The notes under the pieces were generated by a model that worked only from the letters and a program-made list of their open reading frames with translations, made no database searches and was not told the DNA's origin. The translations under genes and the position numbers were made by a program. A stretch of 64,000 nucleotides of DNA from Ylistrum balloti (taxonomy: Eukaryota): positions 930,001-994,000 of the forward strand of contig NW_026782129.1 in NCBI RefSeq assembly GCF_031769215.1, written 5' to 3'. Shown piece after piece: positions 26,191 through 40,562 of the stretch (positions within the stretch are counted from its first letter, which is position 1; every line of letters starts with the position of its first letter).

Positions 26191-27566
26191 TCATATAGTT
26201 GGTTCATATTCTATTTTTGGTGAAATAGGATTTTTAAAATGACGTACAAGCATTACGATAATTTTAGTGAGCAGTAACACGCCAGCTATGATGAGAAGAG
26301 TTAATGAAAACAGAGAATTCCGTTCACGGATATCAAGGTCATAGTTCTTAGAAACCACACCACCGAGTGCCATGGTTAAGGTAATGTAGGGACTGAAGGT
26401 GTACCGAACGTAACGGTCGAAAACCGTGTTTTCTAGGATGACCCACGTGGCTATGATAGCAGACAACATACCCAGAACGGCAGTACAGGCATCTTCATTA
26501 GAAATGCCGCCTTTATATGTCATCACCATAGCAACATTAAGCAAAGTGGCTATGGTAACCCAGGTGGCGTAGAAAGCCATGCCATTCTGTACTAAGAGGC
26601 GGATGAGCCAGATGTCTTTGACAGCGTTCTCCTTATTTAGCTTTCCAAGGTTATGGTACAGCCTCCGAAAAGAGAAGAACAGTGCCACATAGAGCGTGAT
26701 CGGGGTAAGGGCAATGACCACTAGTGACCACACTATTTCCTGTGTATCCCACACGAACAACCAGGCGACGTTTGCAATGTTGTTTAGAATGTATGAAACA
26801 TAGATGACTGGAGGAAGAACCGGAAGTAGGTAGATGTAGGTTCCAGATTTAGTTTTACGACAGATGGTGGTGAGGGCGTAGATAAGCCAAAGAGCCTGCC
26901 ATGCGTAGATGAATCCCCAAATACTGAACGTCCAGCCCGCGGGGGTGATCTGGAGTCTGAACACATTCGAGATTTCACCGGTTGTGTTCTTAAATAGTCC
27001 TGCAAGTAAAACAGCAGCTGTATTTCACAATCAAACCTAACAAGGAATATTCAGTGAATACAACACGAATTGGAGACTCTGTAAAGTCACATTAATACAT
27101 GGGACTAAGTACTACTGAATAGGAGCTACACTCGATGTTTTCTGTAAGATCTATGTGGACAAGTGGCTGGTTGTGCTTCGGAAGTCGCTGTGAGTAGAGG
27201 GCAGAGGCAAAAGTATTTACACTAAATAAGATCTTGACCTCTAACAATGTGTTTTGAAACTCACCGGACATATCTACCCCCCACCAGTATCCCATCCCGA
27301 CCATCACCTCGAGAATTTTACTTGCATAGTAATAATATAAACTTGCAGAAGTTTGAAAGATGTTGTTGTAATCTATCTGGTAACCAAATTGTTCACAGAT
27401 CAATTTTCGGCTGAAGTAATATTTATTTAGAGAACACCAGTCAGTTTGTCCACTTACCAATTTTTTGTCCGACAGATCCAGCCAGAGAGTTGAACACCAC
27501 CATGACGATGTATATAGCAACTGTCATGATGATCAGTAGAATACGCAAGCCGTTGTGGTCCGCCAT
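26191..27566 (-). CDS. ~8-TM TspO/MBR-like membrane protein, paralogue B, 305 aa
   Basis: complement(join(26191..26999,27458..27566)), phase-1 intron GTAAGT...TTGCAG. It begins MADHNGLRILLIIMTVAIYIVMVVFNSLAGSVGQKIG|LFKNTTGEISNVFRLQITPAGWTFSIWGFIY. Its closest relative is paralogue A, with which it is tail-to-tail. Confidence 0.92.
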
Positions 27567-28103
27567 CTTGGAGACTCTAAAACAGAAAATTTAACGACTC
27601 CATTATAGAGACATAAGGATATGACTGTACTGTATCGAGGTGTTTAACAAGCGAACACGTCGCATATGAATCGCTGATTTTAGATTTGTTTCATCTTCAC
27701 ATTGGTTAGACAAAAAAGATGTCTCCAAAATTTGGCACAGTTCATTTTGTTGCATACCTATTTTTATCGAGACAAAACCGCGAATGATAAGAGTCCTTCA
27801 CCTTCTTGTTTGTGAGAGAGAGAGAGAGACGGAGCAGATGTTTCTACCCCACCTGACAGAAATATCCACACTTCCGGTGAGGGTAACACGCACAGAAAGT
27901 GACATTTCAGATTCGTGTTATTGTTATTGACGTCATTTTTATGACGTGTCGCGGTCAATTGGGGTCAATGACGTCATTTACACTTGTCATCCGGGCCTCA
28001 ATGCAAATGACCATACCAATGGTTATAATGTAGATGGTATATTTATTTGCTTATTAATCTTTACGTGGACAAAAACGGTAGAAAAATGATAATTCCCTAC
28101 CTT

Positions 28104-28211
28104 GAGGACAGGATAGATAAATCCCCACCTGGGGAGGAGATTTCTGACAGTCCGAGGGTTAGGCTGTCAGGAATCTCCTCCCTAGGCAGAGATTTCTCTG
28201 TCCTACCCTCC
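28104..28211. mobile_element. Diverged fold-back element / MITE
   Basis: Arms GGGAGGAGATTTCTGACAG (28132-28150) and CTGTCAGGAATCTCCTCCC (28164-28182) differ by one mismatch. Imperfect symmetry continues outward to ~28104 and ~28211. Confidence 0.7.
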
Positions 28212-29582
28212 AGGTTGAGAAAGATCCTATTAATCCTCACCTATACTGGTGTGACATTTTCTGACCTCGCTCTAAGTTTGATACGCGGGGTCGGGGTTTC
28301 CCTTTTATATTGATGACGTCACATCAAATAATTGTGATAGAAAAGGGGAGAGTATGTGGGGAGGGGTATGTAAAGATTACTACTAATCCACAGTTTTACT
28401 GGTTTAATATATCGCTCTTCGGGCCAGGTGAGCTAATAACACATGTCCTGGCCTATCTGGAAACGTGAAATCACCACTCGCTTTGTGCGGTCTATTTACA
28501 CATATGACGGTTACTATTTATTGAACGCGGTCAGCAGTGGTCTGTATGTGTATGTGCCAGAGGGCGGAGCCTCATTAACCTATAACATGTATGTATGGTT
28601 ATCTTATCACGTGCTGTACTTAAGATGTCCATCAGTGTTTAACGTAAATATAGCCTCATTTACTTTGGAGCAAACAATTCCCTGGGCAGATTACTTTCAA
28701 AACTGGATCCGTCCTTTATGGTAGAGGAGAAATGTCTCCGTTTGGGTACATGTCTTCAGTCCAAAAAAACTGACTATATTAGCATGGGCTTCACAATTCT
28801 AATGGAATGCCACAGGGTCGTTTTTTGATGTATTATGTGCCTCGGCGCATCGGCCGTCGACATCTGTTCATTCACCGAACACTAATTCTGAGCCTGTTTT
28901 CATAGTTAGGAATGCTATGTAACTTTATTGCAAATTTCTTGAAAATACCAAACGGTTCAGGACGTTGCATTAAATTAACTGAAACATTTATATGTGATGA
29001 TCATGTTTTAACTGTACCGTCAATCAACACCAAGAAATACATTATATCATACTCTATACGGACACCGCTACCACATCAAGTGTATACTCCAACAATTATA
29101 AATATTGTGAACCTTAATCAGTTTTAAAAGGGCTCACCACGCACTCAGCTATAGATTTAAATTGTTGATCACGTGATATAAATCAGATTAACTTTTGACA
29201 TAATCCGTGCAGATTTGTTTTAATACTGATATTCCCCCAATGTTACCGTGCGTTAAAAACTAGTGAAAGTATCGTTTATACAGTGTATACGTAATGTAAT
29301 ATACGTACCGTTCCGCTGCGTGCTTCACCCAATAGTTTTTTCTCAAATATGTCACACCGTGCTTCGTTTCGTTGTTTATATCCTCAGGTTTTCAAACCTC
29401 GTGAGTAGACACGTGATAATTTATTTCCTTACATAAATACACTTGAAATTGTGTTACGGTAAATTCTTACCCATTAAAAATCTACCAGGAACGAACGACA
29501 CACTTAACTATCTACATGAATATTACAGGTCCTATATGTATGCATGTGTATATACGAATGGCAATGGTAAAAAAATAACACG

Positions 29583-29584
<2 letters not shown>

Positions 29585-29614
<30 letters not shown>
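29585..29614. repeat. (TA)n microsatellite
   Basis: About 15 TA units are directly visible. Confidence 0.95.
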
Positions 29615-29617
<3 letters not shown>

Positions 29618-32437
29618 AGATAATCATTCATCTGATTGAAACATCTGTTACAGAATTATAAAAACGAATTTTAGAAAAAAAAATTAGTAGTGTTTTCGGT
29701 AACAGCAAACCGATTTTAGCCGTGTTGCTAATAATTTGACATCTTCACACTTGAACAATAGCAAAATTTTAGCCACACTAATGAAATATATATGTTATGG
29801 TTGAACACGTGATAAAATATCCTCTACACAATGATTGCACAAAAGTGTAATAGAACTGGTACTTATGTACAGTTAAAAGGCACATACCATTTGAATTTTA
29901 GGCGCTTTTGACCAAACATATTCGATTATCACACCTGTTCGCATCTGGTTCAGTATAAGTGAATTATTGCGGACTTTGTGGTTGGGAATACTTGAGCTAA
30001 GAACGATTTTCTGTTGAATGGTGACCTTAGACTTATTTGGGTTGGGGTATAATTTACCAGGGGTAGAAATTGGGGCGTGTTATTATATAACTGAGAAAAT
30101 TTGTAAACACGAGTCATCTCCCTTCCCCAGTGAGTAATGTTATGATGGCTCAGTTCGTGTTAAGGATGAGCACGGTTTTAAGTGCGGTTACCTTCTGAAA
30201 GGCGAAAAAGGAGGTCATTACTTTTCTTAACGTGACGGAATTGTCAGTGACAAACAAAGCATGTCACGAGGAGACCTACAATGCATACGTAAACAAATCG
30301 GATACTGCGTCTGAAAATATTACACATTTACACAATAGTTTAATTGATACGGAATACATGATATATCTTATATGTGGACAATAATATCTACATAACGTAC
30401 ATAGTGAGATCTCTCTGTTTGGTCTGTTGTAATATACATGCAATATCTACGAAAAAGCGTAGAGATGTAATACTATTTTGTTTAATGAGGACGCTCCGAT
30501 TCAGATGTTGGGTGTTCTCCACAACCTAGTTGTATTTACAAGCAATTTTTTTTAACAGTGGTAAAACGATTAAGTATATAAATGTTGAGTTGGTGAGTGG
30601 TTTGGTATATGATTTTCACATTTGTAAGCAAAATTCATCTGATAAATATTTCAGAGATTAAAACTAGAATAACTTTCTTTATTATAATGCTTATCTATAT
30701 TCCTCACACACTGTCGCTCTGCCTTATTCCCACCCCACATTAATCCCTATATTGTTCGCCTGAAGCCTTCTCGGCTGTGTACATATATACAGTGACATAC
30801 CTGGTATATGCTACATTTTAATTCGTAAACAGTGAATTTGTGAATTTAAAATCTTTTGCCTCGCGAGAAATCATCAACAAAATGCTATTCAACGTTTATA
30901 GTATTTCTGCATTAAAATGAATGGCGAAAGTGGATATCTCGTGACATGGTTTGTGATGCAGCTGTATTTATTTACACGAACTGTTCGTCTGGATGATGGG
31001 CCTGCACACGGTTTTATTTTAATTTGATGTACATGTGTTTTACAACAGACTTGATTGTTTGCACAACTCCAAGTTTGTATTCGTTTAGTTATCAAACTAT
31101 CGGGATAAGCAATGTGCGAATATATTTGAATTATTTGAATTGTGAAATATGTCTAACCAGTATGTTCACAGTAACATGTATCCACCATTTGACGACCTAC
31201 AAATGTAGGTCAATACACGTGTCAGTATTTGTGACACGTGATGTCCAGACGTCGAACAATCTCAGTATATACATGATCACAATGTTTGATCTCTGACAAT
31301 TGTTGTCATAGAAACAGGAGACGTATATCAATGAATCAAAACGTGGAGAATTACACGAAAAGTATTTCTTGTATATCACTATGTGACGATTACTAGTAAT
31401 ATATTTTCAAAAAAGCTTACTTCTTAATGCGACCAACAATTTAAAATGTTAAAATGCAGATCTACTTTAATATTGAAAATAGGTAAAGGTTTGTTTTGAA
31501 GAATGCAAGGCTTTGTAATTTGAATTATGAGACATGAAATAAAAGTTGTTATCTCATTATATTCTGATTCAAGTTCAATTCAAGTTCTTTATTACCTGAA
31601 GCCTTGTCGATGGCTTACAGTAAGAACGTCGAAAGTGCTGATATTTTTGGGGAAGAACTCGTTTATTTCAACGTTGTCCTTTATGTCGAATAATGTTATA
31701 TGTAACGGATTAATGCTTATTTGTAAACTTTTCTACCTAAATATAAGTATGTATTTTACACATTTGTCTTGATATGAAAGCAATGATTAGGACTAAACAG
31801 AATCCCTAAGCAATTTTGAGGAGGATTCAGAAGGAAAATTAAGAATCCGCCCAGTAGAACATAGACTTAAATGGCGCTAAAGGTTTTGACTTGTCACAGA
31901 ATTAAGAAAAGCAATGAACCCAAATGTTGTAGGTAAATCTTCAATCATTCTTAAATATCATTATTCTCCGGGTAGTGTTTTATATGTATTACATTATAAG
32001 TTCACTTAATGTATCAGCTGTACTTCTAGCTCAACAACATGTCATGATCACATACTACAAATTGGTTATGTCATAGATTTTTTAATTAATCAACACCGAT
32101 TTCAATACACAAGCTGCATATAACATATAATTCTTGCTAATACAGTATTGATATGAAAATACAACATTGATATGAAAATAGAATATATATAATCACAAAA
32201 CTATACCAAAGTGACCTCATGACAATCACATCACACCATCCACCTGTTGGTGCATCAACAGTGTAGACAACACATCTTTACCACAACGATATATACTTCT
32301 CTTTAGTTTACATAGCTTTGTCAGTTCCTTACCATCTCGTACACAACGGACGCCAGTGCTAGTCGGTCCAAACTGGTCATTTGTCGGATCAGAAGGAGAT
32401 CATGTAATCATCGAAATGTCACACTCTAATATTTTAT

Positions 32438-32861
32438 TTATTAGCTCACCTGGCCCAAAGGGCCCGTCCGTCTGGCGTCCGTCAACTTTTCATTTAAACA
32501 ACTTCTTCTGAAATACCGAAAGGCGTAGAGTTATCATATTTGGCTGGAAGGTTCCTTTGATGAAGAAGCCAAACAAAGTTTGCAAAAAGAAATTACCTTG
32601 ACCCATAATCAAGGTGACAGAGGTCAAACGTATTAAAACATTTAAACGACTTCTTCCAAAATACCAGAAGGCCTAGAATCATTATATTTGGCTAGAAGGT
32701 TCCTCTGATAAAGCCCAACAAAGTTTGCAAAAAGAAATGACCTTGACCCATAATTAAGGTCACGGAGGTCAAATGTGTTAAACGTGGAACATATGCACAG
32801 ATATAGTAATGTTGGTCATAACGATCCAGATGAGCGATACAGGCCCTCTGGACCGCTTGTT
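32438..32861 (+). mobile_element. Non-autonomous Helentron-type element (HINE) with two ~148-bp internal monomers
   Basis: 5' TTATTAGCTCACCTG and 3' CAGATGAGC form subterminal inverted repeats. A GTCC/GTCT-type microsatellite stub follows the 5' end, and the 3' end has a short palindrome AGGCCCTCTGGACCGC then TTGTT. Monomers start at ~32493 and ~32641. This is the established bivalve/Drosophila HINE layout. Confidence 0.85.
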
Positions 32862-34016
32862 GGCTGTGTTATAAGAACTGTAACTAAGTTGAAAATGTAT
32901 ATTGTATCCTTTGCAATCAGTGCTCCGATCACGTGATCAGATCACATGTACATGTAGTTTGAAAATCATGCGATGAAAAATATGCAAGTGTGTGTAACTA
33001 GACTTGAATATTCATGTAAATTAATAACATTCAAAACAATTGTTACTCTATACATTGAACTCCATGCAAGATGAAAGACGGGGTATTTGTTGTAAGTGAA
33101 TAAATATCATACCGATTAAGAAACACGATAAATCATATAGACAATCATTACATTCATTCGTTTATTTGTGATCTTCGTGTAACAGGGTACATCTACATCG
33201 TTGTAAATGTCACATAATGGTAGCATATCAAACAGGCATGAATATGTATACAATGTAAAAAAATTTCAAACAAATCTGTTTAAACATCAGTTTGAATATA
33301 CATGTAAAACCCCAGAAACAGCAGTCGTACACGTGATTTAAGCAGGGTTGATTATGTACAGGTCGTGAACTGTGACTAAAGACATTGATTCGCTGCTGCC
33401 ATTCACTATTTCGTATATATAAGAGAAAAGTTTACTACAAAGAAATTTGCATCGAGCAATCTAATGAAAATGGCACATTGAAAAACATTGAAGATAATGC
33501 GTCATTGCGTGTTGTACACTTAGCTGGAATGCGATGAAAAATATCACTGCAAAATTTTGGTTTTGAAGCCGATGGATTGGGTACAATGCTAGTTGGAGTA
33601 CAGGGGTTTGTCCCGAATGCCTAACCCAGCTATCTGTATAAATATATCATATATAACAAATACATGGACCGTGAGGTTGGTAATCCATGGCAAGCTCCTG
33701 TGTTGGGATTGGAGATGATCTCAGTACAAGCAGACTATCAACCTATGTTTGGAACATAACTCCGTTTACTTGTTTCCTGAATAGAATTGAAGATACGTTA
33801 ATGTCTAGATTCAAAATGGTCCGTAACTGTTAAATAAATAGCTGGAAACATTTACTAAAGGTTTCTTTCTTTTAAAAAACCCCAGCATTAATGCATACAT
33901 TTCCCCCGGGTCATACAATGTGAAATATGTGTAATATGGTTTATTCTTATACATTATGATTCGTGTGTGATTTTGTGTGATTTCAAGTCAATTGAAGGAA
34001 GTAGAAAAATAAGTCT

Positions 34017-35295
34017 TCAGACTATCGAGTTTGTTGATTTGTCCGACGTTGTTGGCGTGTACACCATTGGGGACAAAGGCACGCGGTTGTGACGGAGAAG
34101 AATGATGATAAATTTCAAGAATAAGAAAATACTAGAAACACATAAAATCGTTACTGAGAGAATGGAGTTGCGGTACCGAAGTTCAAGGTCAAAGTTTTCT
34201 GCAATCGACCCTGTAAGGGCTATTACGAGGACGATGTAAGGGCTGAACATGTATCTGGTGTAGTTGTCAAGTAGAATGTTCTCCGACAGGAACCACGAAA
34301 TCACGAAAAATAACAGCATGCCGAGAACTGTGGTACAAGCGATGTCATTGGCTACTCCTCCACTGTAGTGCATCACCATGGCAACATTAAGGTGGGTCGC
34401 AACAGTGACCCAAGTGGCATAAAATGCTACTCCGTTCTGAAGGAAAAAACGTATGAACCATGCTTCCTTACCCGCGCCATCTTTAATCAAGACACTGAGG
34501 TTATTGTGTACTGCCCGACAGGAGATACCCAATATTACGTATAAGGTCAATGTCACTAAAATAATGTCCGCCAGGGCAATTTCTATATATTTCCGGTCAA
34601 ACAATATCATCCAGGCAACGTTAAGTCCAAGATTCAGAATGTAAATGATATAGATTGCAGGAGGCATGACCGGAAGTTGATAGATGTAAATACCGCTGTC
34701 AGACTTCCGGCATATAGTAGAAAGTCCATATATAAGCCAAATGATTTGCCATATATAGATGAAAAACCATATGCTGAATGTCCAGCTGGCGGGGGTTATC
34801 TCCAGGTAGAAGTAATCAGACACGTCACCAGTACTACTCTCGTAGATACCTGTAATTCACAGAGAAAATTAAGGATTGAGTGCATGTTCTTCATGTTTTA
34901 GTTTATTACGATCTGGTTTATATCTAAAACATTTAATGAGGAGACAAAATAAAAGAAAACTTTGGCACATAATAAAACACTCAACTACATTTACAGCGTT
35001 TCTTTTATTTAACAAACTTCGATTAAAATCATCACGTGACTCTGTTCGATTGATCACCTGACTAAGTCAAATGATCACGTGCACGTGGCTAAAAACAATG
35101 TTTCAATTCTCTGAATGACTTTCCGAACATAGGTTTATGATAGGATGATAATGACTCTGTGGTCATATATTACTTACCAAGAGCTTTACCTTCACCTGAT
35201 CCTAGGTAATTGAAGAAAAGCGTCACACCGAACACGAGGACAGAAATCAGGATTAATGAGATTCTGTAACCGCTGTGTCCGGAATCGGCAGCCAT
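34017..35295 (-). CDS. ~8-TM TspO/MBR-like membrane protein, paralogue C, 316 aa
   Basis: complement(join(34017..34849,35178..35295)), phase-1 intron. It begins MAADSGHSGYRISLILISVLVFGVTLFFNYLGSGEGKALG|IYESSTGDVSDYFYLEITPASWTFSIW. Confidence 0.92.
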
Positions 35296-35406
35296 CTTCG
35301 ATATCTGTTCAAAGTAGAAAAGTCAGCATATAAATTCACGTGTTATAGGAAGCACTTGAATTTAACGTCCTTTTGTGTCGGAACAACGTCGCTGAATGTT
35401 ATACAT

Positions 35407-36086
35407 GTACAGATAGACAAAGAAAAACTTCCTCTCTAGAATCTGTCTGACCGTGTCTCTCTTTATACCACTAGGTATAGATAGACAAAGAGAAAATTCC
35501 TCTCTAGAATCTGTCTGACCGTGTCTCCCTTTATACCACTAGGTATAGATAGACAAAGAAAAACTTCCTCTCTAGAATCTGTCTGACCGTGTCTCCCTTT
35601 ATACCACTAGGTATAGATAGACAAAGAAAAACTTCCTCTCTAGAATCTGTCTGACCTTGTCTCCCTTGATACCACTAGGTATAGATAGACAAAGAAAAAC
35701 TTCCTCTCTAGAATCTGTCTGACCGTGTCTCCCTTGATACCACTAGGTATAGATAGACAAAGAAAAACTTCCTCTCTAGAATCTGTTTGACCGTGTCTCC
35801 CTTTATACCACTAGGTATAGATAGACAAAGGAAAACTTCCTCTCTAGAATCTGTCTGACCTTGTCTCCCTTGATACCACTAGGTATAGATAGACAAAGAA
35901 AAACTTCCTCTCTAGAATCTGTCTGACCGTGTCTCCCTTGATACCACTAGGTATAGATAGACAAAGAAAAACTTCCTCTCTAGAATCTGTCTGACCGTGT
36001 CTCCCTTGATACCACTAGGTATAGATAGACAAAGAAAAACTTCCTCTCTAGAATCTGTTTGACCGTGTCTCCCTTTACCACTCGGT
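35407..36086. repeat. 68-bp minisatellite, 10 copies
   Basis: The unit GTATAGATAGACAAAGAAAAACTTCCTCTCTAGAATCTGTCTGACCGTGTCTCCCTTTATACCACTAG starts at 35407, 35475, 35543 ... 36019. Confidence 0.98.
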
Positions 36087-36772
36087 ATCTATGATAAAAT
36101 TTATTTCTATACCTCTGTACAAAAGTTAAAACATGCCCTTTACTTAGTTAATGTTAATCGAATGAACAACCCCCTCTGGTAATGTTGTATGGAGGACTGA
36201 GAATATTTTAGAATACAATATACGGTGTCTTAAGTGATGTACAAAATTATATACGACATTCCTTTTTAGGGTGATACCACGCACATTATACGATAAAATA
36301 ATCAAAATATCTTGTTATCATTTGGTGTAGGATAGCATGAGCTCGACATTATATTTAGAATATAAATAATAATAAAAAAAAAACAGACATCATGTGAATT
36401 TTGCAATGATACACGCATTAAAATGTGAAAATATCAGTTTAGTTCTGTTTCTACGCTACATTTACTTTTAAAAGAAATGTTTATATCAAGGATACCTGTC
36501 GTAAGGTATATCCGCCAATAAGATGAAATTGTATAATGATTTGTGTTCTTCAAACTTTTTTTATCCTTTTTGGCAACAATATACTTAAATACTTTCAGTA
36601 TTTGTCCCTTGTAAATTTAAACAACTATTCACTTTAATCTTACCTTAGTATAACTGCGCTGTTGGTTAGTATTGGCCTGACTGCACTCCAATCCAACCGT
36701 TTCCCTTCAAGTACAAGTTCAATATTTGCTAAAATGCCATATACCCACGTTGTATATATATTCACAAGCTAA

Positions 36773-36790
36773 CACGTTACTCGAAACGTG
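36773..36790. promoter_or_regulatory. Tandem E'-box element CACGTT-N6-AACGTG upstream of paralogue C
   Basis: ACACGTT ACTCGA AACGTGAC. The same motif with the same spacing precedes paralogues D and E. It lies 129 bp from a candidate 5'UTR donor (exon end 36644, GTAAGA). Confidence 0.7.
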
Positions 36791-39010
36791 ACATTTCTTT
36801 AAAAATCAGTCGTAGTCACTGAACTGTGACAAACATCTTGTATAACAACTGTTAGCCGTTTCATAACCAGGACATACCTCCCATAATCAAAAAGTGTGGG
36901 AAATGTTACCACTGTCCACTGCACACCTAATTGGGTAGTTATGACGTAAAATGGACGTCATTTAATAAGATAGTAATAATGACCGTAGGTCAATGAATAG
37001 AACTGATTTAAATAACAATACAGTTAGGAGTTGTAAACTTATTTACCTTTGACACCGACTTACCCGTACCGTGAGACGACACCCTCTGTCCAGTTATTCA
37101 TATACTGACCGTTCCACCAGTTTGTTTGACGGGCAATGTTACGTGTACGAATGTTTGTTATCTTTAAACACAAGAATTTGTTATCTTCATTACGTTAATG
37201 TTAAAACCTGTATCTGCGTAGATTGTGTATGTAAGATGTGTGCAGCGATATATATGACATATGTTGGGGCGGTCTGGCAAACACTTGTTCCATGTTGTGT
37301 AATCAGTCAATGTATCGGAAGAAAAATCATAGAAAATCGATATGTTGTCTTTACGGGAGAAAAAGCGTAATAATGTAAGTATGACTTTAAACAGGGTGTT
37401 TAGTAGTCTGGATAACCTGCCTAGTTACGGTCAGATTTTGATTACAATATTCTTCATCTAAATGAACAGATTTTATTCCACTTTTTAAGAATTTGCAGTC
37501 CTTTCCTGTCCATTCAGCACATTATAGAGAAACCTTTTTTGACATCTAATATCTACATGCCGTACATACAATAGTTATTATAATGTTAAAATAACAATGT
37601 TTGATTGATATTGATAGTCCGTATTTGATACTGGTCAGATGTTTATTAAAAATGTACTACAATTGATTTACTATAAATATGGCGTATCGATTGGTTCCTC
37701 CGTGGTTGATCAAGAGTGACCAGTCAGTGTTTGATGATAAAATTTTTTGTGAAAGACTGGTACTATGGAAAAGGGGCCGTTTCATTATATCTAGTTGTTC
37801 ACTGAATCACGTATTGATTCTGTTCATTTGTAAATATGATGATTCCAAAAGTCAGTATCAGTTTTGTAACCCCAGGGTTGTCAAGGGTTGAAAAATTCTG
37901 TCTTGCACGTCTAGTTGTAATTTCTCGAGTAAGGACAGCTTACTCATTCTAAATGCTATTTGAGGGGCCATCTTTGGACATTTCCAATGACCTCAAAGTG
38001 TTTTACAAGACGTGGCTGCAGTATGATGATTCTTATATGTCCTCTGTATAAAGCCTTAAATGCATTTACATGTACAGTCTATATTCTACAATAATCCTCA
38101 TCATCTCCACTATTGAATATGCTTTGTAGATGACAAGTTGTGACCATAGTAAGTCAGTGTAGATGTCAATTGCTCTTCAGAGTTAACTAATTATCCTTCT
38201 TATCAATCCTCGTTTCAGATTTTTTTAGCTTAATAACTTCAAATAAACTGTATTCAATATAATTTGTTACACATTTACTATTTATTCTCTACACTTTTCT
38301 ATAGTGTATAAAGTCTGAAATTCCCCATGTTTCCCCACATACAATGGTTAGCGGTCAACATCTCGACGTTCACTGATCACAGCTCATTACTGTTCGGTCA
38401 CCGACAAATTCATCCATGTGCCAGAGGAACTGTTGTCAGAATATACAGAAGTGAAACACAACGCATTAGCACGGGTTGTTTCCCCTAGAAAAGTCCAAAA
38501 CGGAAACCTGTGAGATCATGATATAAAATTTTTTTCTATGATGATTCGGTTTTTAGATATCAACGATAGAAGGTATAACAAAACATATGTAGAGTGGATT
38601 TTCAGTAACATGTACTTCTATGACCAAGCTGTTGGCTTCGTCCTCGTGCAACAATTTAGTCCTCTGGTTAAACAAAACACATGTTGACCTCAAACCAAGT
38701 CAACAAATGTGTGGTATTTACCACAATATCTAAAATGCTATTTATTAGGAATATGTGATATGAAGTAACGTGCTGTGATTTTCTGAAGATTCCCATTGTG
38801 AATTGTGCTGTTGAGAATTGAGAATACCGCCAATTCGGATTCCGTATCAGTCTCATAAACTGTGGTTTTCACGAATGTTTACAAAATTGCATGTGATCAG
38901 CAGAATCTAGCATTAGTTCCATCTCATATGATATTTCAAATTTTTTCATGTTACCCCAACAGAGACGTGGTAAAAGATACTATTCCACACCGACTCCAGG
39001 AATAATATAC

Positions 39011-40562
39011 TAAAACATCAGAAACACGGATGCCAGGAACCATATACTGTAGTAAAACATCATATACACGGACGACAGGAACCATATACTGTAGTAAAAC
39101 ATCGGATACACAGTCGGCAGGAACCATATACTGTAGTAAAACATCATATATACAGACGACAGGAACTATATACTGTAGTAAAACTTTAGATACACGGACG
39201 GCAGGAACCATATACTGTGGTAAAACATTAGATACACGGACGACAGGAATCATATACTGTAGTAAAACATCAGATATACGGACGGCAGGAACCACATACT
39301 AAAGTAAAACATCAGATACACGGACGGCAGGAACCATATACTGTAGTAAAACATCAGATATACGGACGGCAGGAATCATATACTGAAGTAAAACATCAGA
39401 TACACGGACGATAGGAACAATATACTGTAGTAAAACATCATATATACAGACGACAGGAACTATATACTGTAGGAAAACATCAGATATACGGACGACAGGA
39501 ACCATACACTGTAGTAAAACATCAGATATACGGACGGCAGGAATCATATACTGAAGTAAAACATCAGATACACAGACGACAGGAACCATATACTGTAGTA
39601 AAACATCATATACGCGGACGACAGGAACCATACACTGTAGTAAAACATCAGATATACGGACGACAGGAACCATATACTATAGTAAAACATCAGATACACG
39701 GACGGCAGGAACCATATACTGTAGTAAAACATCAGATACACTGACGATAGGAACCATATACTGTAGTAAAACATCAGATATACGGACTGCAGGAACCATA
39801 TACTATAGTAAAACATCAGATACACGGACGGCAGGAACCATATACTGTAGTAAAACATCAGATACACTGACGACAGGAACCATACACTGTAGTAAAACAT
39901 CAGATACACGGACAGCAGGAACCACATACTGTAGTAAAACATCAGATATACGGACGACAGGAATCACATACTTTAGTAAAACGTCAGATACACGGACGAC
40001 AGGAACCATATACTGTAGTAAAACATCAGATACGCGGACGACAGGAACCATACACTGTAGGAAAACATCAGATATACGGACTGCAGGAACCATATACTAT
40101 AGTAAAACATCAGATACACGGACGGCAGGAACCATATACTGTAGTAAAACATCAGATACACGGACGGCAGGAACCATATACTGTAGTAAAACATCAGATA
40201 CACGGACGACAGGAATCATATACTTTAGTAAAACGTCAGATACACGGACGACAGGAACCATATACTGTAGTAAAACATCAGATACGCGGACGACAGGAAC
40301 CATACACTGTAGGAAAACATCAGATATACGGACTGCAGGAACCATATACTATAGTAAAACATCAGATACACGGACGGCAGGAACCATATACTGTAGTAAA
40401 ACATCAGATACACGGACGGCAGGAACCATATACTGTAGTAAAACATCAGATACACGGACGACAGGAATCATATACTTTAGTAAAACGTCAGATACACGGA
40501 CGACAGGAACCATATACTGTAGCAAAACATCAGATACACGGACGGCAGAAATGACACAGTAA
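39011..40562. repeat. 42-bp minisatellite, ~37 copies, with a 252-bp (6-mer) higher-order repeat
   Basis: Unit ACATCAGATACACGGACGACAGGAACCATATACTGTAGTAAA. The variant TACTTTAGTAAAACGTC recurs every 252 bp (~39968, 40220, 40472). ORFs 39973..40203 and 40225..40455 are identical. Confidence 0.98.

Noticed and set aside
30065-30140. GC-box plus TATATAA and a GTGAGT donor on the plus strand
   Set aside because: No downstream plus-strand exon or ORF links to it, and such motifs arise by chance in AT-rich DNA.
35407-36086. Regular repeats as a CRISPR-like array
   Set aside because: The units are contiguous head-to-tail copies with no unique spacers, the context is eukaryotic, and there are no cas genes.
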